A stretch of DNA of 34,883 nt, from assembly GCA_049423385.1 (NCBI GenBank), contig JBMSQQ010000030.1:1-34883 (forward strand), read 5' to 3'. The DNA is from Silvanigrellaceae bacterium. Its GTDB lineage: Bacteria; Bdellovibrionota_B; Oligoflexia; Silvanigrellales; Silvanigrellaceae. The stretch's first letter is position 1; each line of letters starts with the position of its first letter. Positions 1 to 8,514 of the stretch are shown here, piece by piece. A model generated the notes under the pieces. It had not been told where the DNA came from and did no database searches. It saw nothing but the letters and a program-made list of their open reading frames with translations. The position numbers and the translations under genes were made by a program.

Positions 1-1
1 T

Positions 2-370
2 GCACTCAACGAAGCCCTGCAATGCTGTGTCGGCAACCTTGACTTTTCGGCGTTCCGAGCATCGGACTGCACAGCAAAATCAACTATCCGCAGAATTGAA
101 CGCATTGCCGTGACCCGCGACGACCTTTACCCAGAGGCCCTGGTCCTGGATTTTTGGGGCGAGGGATTTTTGAAAAACATGATTCGAAATATCACGGGAA
201 CCGCTGTTGAAATCGCCATCGGAAGACTCGAAGCGGACACCTTCCTCGAAGCCTTCAAACACTGCGACAGAACCCGTGTCGGCCAGTGTGCTCCCGCACA
301 CGCGCTCACACTGCAACGGGTTTTTTATAATCCTGATGAATGGAAGACAGCGATAAATTCAAAAATTTGA
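2..370 (+). CDS. truA: tRNA pseudouridine(38-40) synthase TruA, C-terminal part (5' truncated by window)
   Basis: Frame is open from base 2: DFSAFRASDC...STIRRI...GEGFLKNMIRNITG...GQCAPAHALTL matches the TruA C-terminal motifs (DFsaF, GxxFLxxMVRxxvG, TAPAxGLxL). Confidence 0.93.
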   Translation, partial: ALNEALQCCVGNLDFSAFRASDCTAKSTIRRIERIAVTRDDLYPEALVLDFWGEGFLKNMIRNITGTAVEIAIGRLEADTFLEAFKHCDRTRVGQCAPAHALTLQRVFYNPDEWKTAINSKI

Positions 371-392
371 TTTACAAAAGTAAATTTTGAAC

Positions 393-1985
393 TCATTTGG
401 AACAGGTTGAAGTCGGCCCCGTTCCGCTCGCCTGCTCGCTGTCAACATCCGGCAATGGTGTGATGGAAGCGCCGCCCGAGGTTGGTTCACCGTCGATGGT
501 CGACAGTGCGGCCATGGGTACCACGCCAAGTGCCGAGAAAATCGAACCGCTGTCTTTTTTCATCAAAAACATGCTCTCGGCAAGCGGCGAAAATGTGAAA
601 AGACTCCACTCGTATCCGACTGGAGAAAACAAAAACTTGCGTTTGTCGGCAGCCAAATTGAAAATGCGGGCCACGCTTTTGGAAACATCGTTGGAATCCA
701 CAGCCGATTGGCTTGGAAGCGAGTTCACACCGAGTGTGAAATAGGTCTCCGGATTCAGCCCAAATCTGGCTTTGTCGACCGGCGAAAATTCGGCCAATCT
801 TGCCTGGTGTTCAACAACCCACCGACGCCAGAGAAGAGCACCAGACCTGCCCAGATCACATTCATTGAGCAGGCTTGTTGACGAGACGTCGATTTGATCA
901 AGACTGCTGATGTTGCATCCCCAAATCGATTTGTGCCACTTGAAGAGCTGGCTCTCAGCTGAGGTGTCGGCGTTGACTCCCTGTTCAACAATTTCCTTCA
1001 TGTGGACGGTATAGAGATCCTTCAGTGTCGACTCCAACTTTGCGATCAACACCTTTCGCAAGTCGGGGTTTTTCACCGCAGTGCAAAGCTGACCAGTGTT
1101 GATTGGAATTGAACCCTTTCGCAATGTGAGGGGAGATCCTTCCGGCAGATTGCAAAAATTGATGTTCATCGAATACGCCATTTCCCGCAATCCACGGGAC
1201 GCGTTTTCGTTGGCGGTTCTTGACCTCTCGGAGTGGGCGAAAAGATCCCGATCCCGCTGCGTCAACACAGACAAATTGCTGTTCCTTTTTTCAACCGATT
1301 CCAGAATCTGCTGAAACAGGAATTTATACTTCTCGGGAAGCGCATACTGTGCACTTAAAACGACAAAATCTTTTTCCGAGGCACAGGCAAGCCTGTCCTG
1401 CCCGGAAACCATGACGCTGGTGTTTTCGCTTGTTCTGGCTTGACACTCCAACGATGCGCCTTCGCTGGTTTCACGGGACCACTTGGAAAGTGCTTTGACT
1501 CCACCATACTGCTCCAGATAAGGAGCTCCAGTTCTGGCAAATTCCCCGAGTTGATTTTGTCCTTCTATGGTCACAGGAACCGAAAAATAACCGGAGTTGC
1601 CCCACACCTGAAGTGTTGTCTTTGCATTCGCGAATTCGACACTTTCGGGAGGAAAGTTGCAATGCGTGGCAGTGAACAACACAAGGGTGTCAGGTTTGCT
1701 CGGATGTTTTTTGAATTTTGCCGTACAGCGTCGCGATACAGCTTCACCAAGCGCATTCGTGGATTCAAAATCGATATATGAAATGCCCAACGCCGGATCG
1801 TTCGCGTCCTTGAGGTATGGTAAAGCTGGACTCATAAACAAGTCGCGCTCCGAAGAAGGGTCCTCGGTCAGATTTAGCCCCGACGATTTGTTGCAATTGA
1901 CCGTCTGGCGTGTTGCATCGGATGCCGAACTGCAACCCACCACCAAGACAAGTGCAACAAAACTCGAACCAAGACGAAGATTCAT
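393..1985 (-). CDS. Lipoprotein with a divergent chymotrypsin-like (PA clan) protease signature and a large internal insertion
   Basis: Lipobox VVGC after a hydrophobic stretch. Motifs RCTA...FTATHC, KDFVVL and KDSGS occur in triad order. ATG 1985 chosen as start; 2003 and 2015 are alternatives. Confidence 0.6.
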   Translation of the reverse strand: MNLRLGSSFVALVLVVGCSSASDATRQTVNCNKSSGLNLTEDPSSERDLFMSPALPYLKDANDPALGISYIDFESTNALGEAVSRRCTAKFKKHPSKPDTLVLFTATHCNFPPESVEFANAKTTLQVWGNSGYFSVPVTIEGQNQLGEFARTGAPYLEQYGGVKALSKWSRETSEGASLECQARTSENTSVMVSGQDRLACASEKDFVVLSAQYALPEKYKFLFQQILESVEKRNSNLSVLTQRDRDLFAHSERSRTANENASRGLREMAYSMNINFCNLPEGSPLTLRKGSIPINTGQLCTAVKNPDLRKVLIAKLESTLKDLYTVHMKEIVEQGVNADTSAESQLFKWHKSIWGCNISSLDQIDVSSTSLLNECDLGRSGALLWRRWVVEHQARLAEFSPVDKARFGLNPETYFTLGVNSLPSQSAVDSNDVSKSVARIFNLAADKRKFLFSPVGYEWSLFTFSPLAESMFLMKKDSGSIFSALGVVPMAALSTIDGEPTSGGASITPLPDVDSEQASGTGPTSTCSK

Positions 1986-2052
1986 ATGGATTGGTTCGGA
2001 CATCGGCTGAGACAACTTGAGTAATATGTAAAGACCACATTTTAAAAAACCA

Positions 2053-2065
2053 AATCAATTACTTA
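2053..2065 (+). promoter_or_regulatory. Putative IHF-binding site in a divergent AT-rich intergenic region
   Basis: AATCAAttacTTA matches WATCAANNNNTTR exactly and is preceded by an A-tract (2044-2049). Confidence 0.4.
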
Positions 2066-2192
2066 AAGGAAATAAAATTCCCGAATACCCCCAAAGTCTC
2101 CACCGGAAACACGACATTTCAAGATTGGCTTCGGCGTGTTAAACTCATCTATAAGGAAACTTCCCAACGCATGACTGAAAATTGGATATCCG

Positions 2193-3296
2193 ATGTCGCC
2201 AGCGAGAAATAATTTTTCTTCCTCAATTTCAATTTTCGCATTAACATTCGTTCATTTCATTTGCGCATCTCCCGCTTTGGCGCAAAGCTCGTTCAAAACC
2301 ACGAGCACGCTGTTTGACTCGGAGCATTCAGATGGCATGGTACTTTCGCCCAATGGAGAGTTGGCTTTTTCAAGAAATTACGATTCGGGTGGGGCCGTAG
2401 CCACTCGAATCAGCATCGTTCCCCTGCAGACAAACAATCCTTCGCAAGGATTCGAACTGCGCATGAAGGAAGCCAAGGTTGAGTACGATTTCCAAGCTTT
2501 AAAGACTCGACTGGGGCGTATCCTTTTGCGCAACGAAACTTCGGAAATCAATGAATCAAGCAAGGCCTATTTGCGCATCGAGCCGTCCATTGACGGTCTT
2601 GGGCTTTTATCCAAGTCCGGCGAAATCCACACCGGAATTATTCTGGGTGGTCCGCGCACGATGGGTCTCGAACTTCACGGCACCTTCCCGTCGTTCCAGA
2701 CCGCTCTGTTTTACCGAATTGAACGCGAGAAGATCTTGAACAACGAGAAGGACATGCCGGACATGGCGCTCTCAATGGTGCAGCGTGCTGCCCTTGTTCA
2801 AGATGCAGAGATCGCCTTGAAAGCAACCAGCGAAAAATTAGAGGCAACAGCAATTTTCCAACTGAGGCAACAGGGTGAACCGCATGTGGTTGAGACGCGG
2901 GATCCATTCAGGGGGCGCAACACCATTGGAAGCGTGGACACATCCATGCCCCGCTCCTTGAGCGACTATCGCACTGCAACTCAGGTTAAGATGCAATTGA
3001 ACAAAAGCGGCAAATTGGCTGAATGGTTGATCGCATGCTTCACCACGAAGAATGAAGTTCGATACTACAATTCAAGCAGCAACGCAGGACAAGACAAAAA
3101 CAGTGCTCGTGGAACGATGATGGCAACGGTTGGATTTGAATCAAGCTCCGACACGGTTTCGACTCAAGTCGGCTTGAGCGGCGAATATTCATCCTCCAAG
3201 CAGTTTCATTGGTTTGGACGCACCTACCCGGATGGAAGCCCGGTTCTTGTAAAACCACGCTGGACCGGCTGGTTTTCATCAACAATAAAATTTTAG
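2193..3296 (+). CDS. Hypothetical exported protein, probable outer-membrane beta-barrel
   Basis: Signal peptide ending PALA, amphipathic beta-strand pattern, C-terminus WTGWFSSTIKF with terminal Phe. Confidence 0.6.
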   Translation: MSPARNNFSSSISIFALTFVHFICASPALAQSSFKTTSTLFDSEHSDGMVLSPNGELAFSRNYDSGGAVATRISIVPLQTNNPSQGFELRMKEAKVEYDFQALKTRLGRILLRNETSEINESSKAYLRIEPSIDGLGLLSKSGEIHTGIILGGPRTMGLELHGTFPSFQTALFYRIEREKILNNEKDMPDMALSMVQRAALVQDAEIALKATSEKLEATAIFQLRQQGEPHVVETRDPFRGRNTIGSVDTSMPRSLSDYRTATQVKMQLNKSGKLAEWLIACFTTKNEVRYYNSSSNAGQDKNSARGTMMATVGFESSSDTVSTQVGLSGEYSSSKQFHWFGRTYPDGSPVLVKPRWTGWFSSTIKF

Positions 3297-3314
3297 AAAC
3301 GGGGAATCTCTCGC

Positions 3315-4289
3315 TTGAAAATGATCTCGAACCGTTTTGTTTCGACTTTTCTTTTTGCGGTCGCCTGTTCAGGCGGAGCGTCTGCCCAACAACCCAAGAA
3401 CTATTTTTCGATGAAGTATGGCCTCGCCCAAAGCAACATGGCATTCAACAACGATGCCAAATTTGAAAACGACGACGGAAGCATCAAGGACGTTGAATTT
3501 TTTTGGGGGAACTCAACTCTTGCAAAATGGATTGGCGGGGTGAGAATAACTCCGAACAATCGGTATGGTGGATTCCTGTTGGGCGTCGTGATCGACGACA
3601 AGCATGTCGTATCCGTTCGGCAGCTCAACACCGACGATGTTCTTCTCAAGGGTGAGACGGACATCGACTTCAGCAGACGATTGAGTTTTGGCAAAGTGAA
3701 GGCTTCGGCAACAGAATACAAATGGGTGTTTTCGAGAAATGATTCCGAATTCTGGAACCTGACCTATGGCAACAGCACCTATCCGGCGATGGTGTATGTT
3801 TCAGCAGGGCCCCTCCTGGATGACGAAGAAAGCTTTTTTGATCCCCGCCCGGAATTTCACTACGCACATGTTGGCTTTGAGATTGATCCCATCAAGGCAG
3901 CACTCTTGAATGGCAATGAAATCCGCGAAAATGAATTCGCATCCGATTGGCTTTATTTCACGACAAAAATTGGTTTCGGCGCCTACACCTATGAACTCAG
4001 TGATGTTCAGTACAGCCGCGTCTACAAGAATCCAGAAGATCGTTACGGGTTGAAGAACGATTGGTGCATTTCCCCGTCGATGGCCACAAATTACGAATTG
4101 GGAGTTCACACTGCGACAAACGTTCCATTGTTTCATATGGCTGGCACCTTGGGTTACTTTTACCAACCGGCACCAATGTCGTTTCTTTTGGGACTCTACA
4201 AATTCTGCGAAACTCCCACCGGATACCACTCCCGGGCCGATGGAAGCGTGCACCATGGCATTGTGGGTCGACTCGCAGTTGCCTTCTGA
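3315..4289 (+). CDS. Hypothetical exported protein, probable outer-membrane beta-barrel
   Basis: Signal peptide ending ASA, aromatic-rich alternating strands, C-terminal beta-signal-like GIVGRLAVAF. Start is TTG 3315 or ATG 3321. Confidence 0.65.
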   Translation: MKMISNRFVSTFLFAVACSGGASAQQPKNYFSMKYGLAQSNMAFNNDAKFENDDGSIKDVEFFWGNSTLAKWIGGVRITPNNRYGGFLLGVVIDDKHVVSVRQLNTDDVLLKGETDIDFSRRLSFGKVKASATEYKWVFSRNDSEFWNLTYGNSTYPAMVYVSAGPLLDDEESFFDPRPEFHYAHVGFEIDPIKAALLNGNEIRENEFASDWLYFTTKIGFGAYTYELSDVQYSRVYKNPEDRYGLKNDWCISPSMATNYELGVHTATNVPLFHMAGTLGYFYQPAPMSFLLGLYKFCETPTGYHSRADGSVHHGIVGRLAVAF

Positions 4290-4352
4290 GGCGATTCTTC
4301 GTCACCAACCTTTCGCGTTTACAACCCTTTAATATCAAAAAATAGTTCTCAT

Positions 4353-4380
4353 TAAATTTTTTACTCCAAAAAGCCGATAC
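4353..4380 (+). promoter_or_regulatory. Putative sigma-28 (FliA) promoter
   Basis: TAAA-N16-GCCGATAC, ending 47 nt upstream of the 4428 start; the sigma-28 consensus is TAAA-N15/16-GCCGATAA. Confidence 0.5.
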
Positions 4381-4427
4381 GCATCGAAATTCGTCTGAAT
4401 TCTGGCTTTCAAAGAGGGACAAATTTC

Positions 4428-5855
4428 TTGATAACCCGGCTTTTCCTGTCGCTGATGGCGGTTTCACTTTCAGCATGTGCAGCTTCAACTGCACCTGCAG
4501 TCGTTCCAATGTTCCGTCGCTCCGCCACCAACGGGGAGACGACTGGCAAAATCAGCAAAGTGGACAATTCATCCGGCAACACTCCAGGATTGCCTGGCCA
4601 GGTGACACCGGCACAGTACCCATTTCCCGTGGACTCTTCGTCAGCATTGAGAGGTCTTCCGTTGCCTTTTGATGGCAAAGAATGGGCCATTGCGAATCCC
4701 ACCCTGGGAGAAGCAATTTCTCAATTCAGCAAGGCCAGTGGCCAATACTCCTCCACCTGTGAAGGAAGGATCCGGCGCTCTCTTGCACTCGAAGGATCGA
4801 TCGTAAACGTTTCGATTCGTTTTTTTGCTTCGGACAATTGTGTTGGCGCGGGTTCGCAGATTGACTATCTCTATCGGGGCGACAATCTCTCCAAGAGTGG
4901 TTCAAACTTCACGGTCAGCGCGCGCTACCTGGACGTCTATGCAACCCCGCTGACCACCAACCAGGCCAGCAGCGACAACTCGAGCGCATACTGCGGGCAA
5001 TCCAATTGGACAACAAACAAGCCGCAATCGATTGCCGGAAAACTTTGCGACGGTGTTGCGATTCCCAACCAGGAAGAGAAGACAACGCTTTCATTGCAGA
5101 TCACGGGTGACACCATCATCGAAAATGGAAAAACCTACAGCAAAATATCGACCCCGGCAGCGCTTTCGATCACCGGCGGCTCGGTCATTGATGTTTCCAC
5201 AAGCAATTTGGCACACGTCACGGTGGCCTTCATGGTCAGGAACAATTATTTCTGCTCAGGCACCCTCATTGGCGACAATCATTTTGTCACGGCTGCTCAT
5301 TGTTATGATGCAGCAATAAAACTGAACCCTGCCGATCTTTTTGTCGGTTTTGGACCCGTGGGATCAACCCAGTTGAAAATTGTCGGCATGAAAAAGCACG
5401 AGGAATACGTCATTCAAAGATTTCCTGCCAGTGGGAGAGATTTTACAACTGCAGCCAACAACGACATCGCAATTGTAAAATTCGAGGGAACAATCCCAAA
5501 GCCATTCCGACCCATTGCAATATTGCCAGAGGGCGAAACTCTTGTTGCAAATGAAAAGGTTTACGTCGCGGGATACGGACTCGACGAAAATCGAAATGAC
5601 GGAGTGCTGAAGTCTTCATTCTCGCTTTTTGCTGCGGATTCAGCGGTTGCCAAAAACTTCAAGACAGTTTCAAGCGTCACTCAATCAACCTGCAACGGCG
5701 ATTCGGGTGGTCCCGCCTTTGTTTTGAGAGGCCAGTTCTACTATCTCGTCGGAGCCACTTCGTATGGTCCGGACGACTTCACCTGCATGATGGGCGACAG
5801 TTTTTTTGTGGACCTGCGCAAGTTTCAATCGTGGTTGAAGAGCAACATGAACTGA
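4428..5855 (+). CDS. Lipoprotein: Cys-containing N-terminal beta domain fused to an S1 (trypsin-like) serine protease
   Basis: Lipobox LSAC; ITGG activation-like motif; CSGTLI...VTAAHC, NDIAIV, STCNGDSGGP (complete His-Asp-Ser triad); AGAGGG RBS before TTG. Confidence 0.9.
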   Translation: MITRLFLSLMAVSLSACAASTAPAVVPMFRRSATNGETTGKISKVDNSSGNTPGLPGQVTPAQYPFPVDSSSALRGLPLPFDGKEWAIANPTLGEAISQFSKASGQYSSTCEGRIRRSLALEGSIVNVSIRFFASDNCVGAGSQIDYLYRGDNLSKSGSNFTVSARYLDVYATPLTTNQASSDNSSAYCGQSNWTTNKPQSIAGKLCDGVAIPNQEEKTTLSLQITGDTIIENGKTYSKISTPAALSITGGSVIDVSTSNLAHVTVAFMVRNNYFCSGTLIGDNHFVTAAHCYDAAIKLNPADLFVGFGPVGSTQLKIVGMKKHEEYVIQRFPASGRDFTTAANNDIAIVKFEGTIPKPFRPIAILPEGETLVANEKVYVAGYGLDENRNDGVLKSSFSLFAADSAVAKNFKTVSSVTQSTCNGDSGGPAFVLRGQFYYLVGATSYGPDDFTCMMGDSFFVDLRKFQSWLKSNMN

Positions 5856-5956
5856 ATTTTATTCAATCTTTTGAGCCATTTATACAGCACGCAGTGGTTT
5901 GCCACTTCATGAAAAATCCTTACCTATAAGTAAGAATTTTATTTTCACTTTGAATC

Positions 5957-5984
5957 TTGCCATCGTCACGCCTTGTGGTAACAC
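5957..5984 (+). promoter_or_regulatory. Possible sigma-70 promoter of the 6043-7773 cassette
   Basis: TTGCCA-N16-TAACAC with an extended TGn before the -10. Confidence 0.3.
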
Positions 5985-6042
5985 ACGCAGCCCACCGAGC
6001 CATGAGGTCCGGTCATCATTCATTTTGAACTTCGAGGTCGTT

Positions 6043-6555
6043 GTGTTGCGGAGTCTATTTGCCATCAGTTTGTGTTTTGTGTCGTCAGCTGCCTTCGCTG
6101 TCTCGGAAGCAGACATCATCAATGCGGAAGCCCATTTCAACGAAAACATGAAAAATGTTGAATTCGTCAAAAATCACCTCGAAGACGTTGGTGCGAACAA
6201 CGGCATTCCCTTGGATGGCAGCAGCAACAACAGCGTAGGTCCAGGGAACTGGTACGGAGAGCCTGAAGCATGGAATGATCTTGTCGTCGCATTTCAGACC
6301 CTTCAAAATGTTTCAAGCAACGTCCAGGCAACAATTCCAACGCTGAAATTCTGGCTTTTCAATTTTCCTGTTTTCACAATCCGCCACAGCGCCCTGTGCA
6401 TTCAGTTGACGCAGGTGAACACGGCGTGGACCTCGCTGGAATTTGCAGATGCCACAACTCTGCCGTTTGAACAGCGTCTGGGGGCACAATTCTATCAGGA
6501 CGCACGGAGTCTCGTTGCTCTCACACGCGGACCAGCCGGTTTGCAATGTCCTTGA
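6043..6555 (+). CDS. Hypothetical secreted helical protein (paralogue A)
   Basis: GAGG RBS 5 nt before GTG 6043; signal peptide ending AFA; mature part has two Cys and ends in CP. Confidence 0.75.
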   Translation: MLRSLFAISLCFVSSAAFAVSEADIINAEAHFNENMKNVEFVKNHLEDVGANNGIPLDGSSNNSVGPGNWYGEPEAWNDLVVAFQTLQNVSSNVQATIPTLKFWLFNFPVFTIRHSALCIQLTQVNTAWTSLEFADATTLPFEQRLGAQFYQDARSLVALTRGPAGLQCP

Positions 6556-6566
6556 GGAAACATAAA

Positions 6567-7262
6567 GTGAAAAACTTCAAAATTTTGATTTTGATTGCGG
6601 GCCTTGCCGCAATGTTCTGCAACACCGTTCCTGCATTTGCAGACGAACGCCAGTCTCTTGAAATTGGCCTTGCGTCATCCCAATATTTTCAGCTTTTTTC
6701 TGCTCAAGCAGTTGAATACGTTCAAGGCGGAAGCCCAAGCTTTCCAGTGTTCGACCCCCAACGTGCGCGCGGCCAGTATCCGGGCAATGGCCTTCCTCCG
6801 TGTGATCAAGGCGGAATGTGGGTTTCACTCGACCAGTTCGGCTCGCAAATGGTCTGTGAAACCGAGACAGAGTACCGCTATTGCCCAACGGGAACATATG
6901 CGGTTTGGCTGAACACCTATCAGTTTCACTGCCTCCCTGGACAATCTCCGACACCGTCTTATCTTTCGCCTGCAGTGCTTGAAAACGATGGCATTGCGAT
7001 TGAAGGACTCAAGTGGTTCAACCGTTCCCAGACTCATGCTGCATTGAAGTTCACGCAGGCACTGCAGGCACTTTCATTCGGCAACTTCGGGTTGGCAAGC
7101 TCTTTGCGACAGGAAGGGTGCGGCCAGTACAACGAATCCACAGTTGCGCTTGGAGCAACAACTTTCCCAGCCAATCTTCAGCCGGTGGGTTTCATAAACA
7201 ACACCCTGATCAATGACATGATGTCGGCCCTGAAGGCAACCGCGGCAGTTGTCTGCCCATGA
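6567..7262 (+). CDS. Hypothetical secreted Cys-rich protein (paralogue B)
   Basis: GAGGA RBS before GTG 6567; signal peptide ending AFA; six Cys in the mature part; ends in CP. Confidence 0.75.
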   Translation: MKNFKILILIAGLAAMFCNTVPAFADERQSLEIGLASSQYFQLFSAQAVEYVQGGSPSFPVFDPQRARGQYPGNGLPPCDQGGMWVSLDQFGSQMVCETETEYRYCPTGTYAVWLNTYQFHCLPGQSPTPSYLSPAVLENDGIAIEGLKWFNRSQTHAALKFTQALQALSFGNFGLASSLRQEGCGQYNESTVALGATTFPANLQPVGFINNTLINDMMSALKATAAVVCP

Positions 7263-7290
7263 TCCGCAACAACAGACGCAGAGGTTGTCC

Positions 7291-7773
7291 ATGACAAAGG
7301 CTCAGTTTAAAACACTCCTTCAGTCTGCGCTGTTTTTTTGCTCATGTGTTGCATCAAACGCGGACTGCTCCACCGATCGTTTTGCAGAAGCTGCGCCCTT
7401 CAGGGCTGCAGAAATCCTTCTGCAGGACGTGATCGATCAGGTTTCGAAATTCAACTATCCGGGTGTGAACACCTCCGATATCCCAGACCTGCTTTTGCCC
7501 TACAGGGAGCAGCTCCGGAATCTTGGAGATACTCTTTTGCGTGATGAAAAGTTGACCGATAAGCATCTGTCCGAGCTTTCCTTCCTGTGTTCCCCAGGTC
7601 TGCTGAACATGAAGGAAATCGTCATGCGTGAGGGCAGGAAGCTGCTGTTCCCCAAGAAGCCTGGTGACACACCCGATTCGTTGAAAAAAGCCCATGCAGG
7701 AGCTTTGTCCTTTTTCTGGGAAGAATCTGCAACGTTGGCAGTCATTGCAAACATACTGAAATGCGAAAAATAG
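7291..7773 (+). CDS. Hypothetical secreted helical protein
   Basis: AGAGG RBS before ATG 7291; signal-like N-terminus ending SNA; Leu-rich amphipathic helices; Cys near both mature termini. Confidence 0.7.
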   Translation: MTKAQFKTLLQSALFFCSCVASNADCSTDRFAEAAPFRAAEILLQDVIDQVSKFNYPGVNTSDIPDLLLPYREQLRNLGDTLLRDEKLTDKHLSELSFLCSPGLLNMKEIVMREGRKLLFPKKPGDTPDSLKKAHAGALSFFWEESATLAVIANILKCEK

Positions 7774-7776
7774 TCA

Positions 7777-8514
7777 TCATTCGATAGAATATGCAACCGA
7801 CAGTCGCCCTGGCGAAATGCCAACCGCCAACGGGAAACCGCTGACGGCCTTGACCCTTTGATACGTCAGATGTGCAACACCAGCACCAACAACGCTGCCC
7901 ACAAGGACGTCACTCAGATTGTGCTGTTTGTCGACGTACCTGGAGCTGGCAATCCAAGCTGCCGTCCCGTTCAAGAGCGAAGCAAATATCCAGGCAGTGC
8001 TTTCATTCTTGAGTGAATCGAAAGCGAGTTCACTTGCATATGTGGCAAAGGCAAACGAATGCGAAGAGTGTCCGCTGAAAAATGAACGATGGTCATCCAC
8101 TGCTGGCTCACCAGCACGTGCCACCGTGTCGTAGAAGGGCCGCTTGCGTCCAAAACCGTTTTTAGCCGCGGATGTCATGACTTCAGTCCAAAGATGAGTA
8201 TGAATGAGTCCCCTCAGGTGAGTCCAAACCGGAAATTGAGGATTTTCACTTAGAATCAGTGTTCCCAAAGGTATTGCCATGGATGCCGCCATCCCGATTA
8301 CAAACATCCCGGGCTGCCGCGTCGGGTTTCGGTCTGCATTGGCAGATTCATTTTCGAACGGCCAGCGTGGTTTGTCAGGAGGCTTTATGGCACTCACTCC
8401 CGCAACAAGAAGTCCTTCCAAAGGAATCGTGTAGAGATCTTGTCTCCAAAGACCTGGGGTATAGATAAAACATTCTGCAGCCGGCGGACGCGGCTGGTCG
8501 CTGTCGCAGTTCAA
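7777..8514 (-). CDS. PAP2-family membrane phosphatase
   Basis: Motifs C1 KNGFGRKRP, C2 SFFSGHS and C3 SRYVDKQHNLSD; several hydrophobic segments. The TTG start is uncertain. Confidence 0.88.
   Translation of the reverse strand: MNCDSDQPRPPAAECFIYTPGLWRQDLYTIPLEGLLVAGVSAIKPPDKPRWPFENESANADRNPTRQPGMFVIGMAASMAIPLGTLILSENPQFPVWTHLRGLIHTHLWTEVMTSAAKNGFGRKRPFYDTVARAGEPAVDDHRSFFSGHSSHSFAFATYASELAFDSLKNESTAWIFASLLNGTAAWIASSRYVDKQHNLSDVLVGSVVGAGVAHLTYQRVKAVSGFPLAVGISPGRLSVAYSIE

Noticed and set aside
5899..6042. Long N-terminal extensions in the ORF track (5899, 10783, 13952, 17914, 20140, 21754, 28947 and others)
   Set aside because: They run through promoters, terminators or neighbouring genes; downstream starts have an RBS and give proper signal peptides or conserved N-termini.
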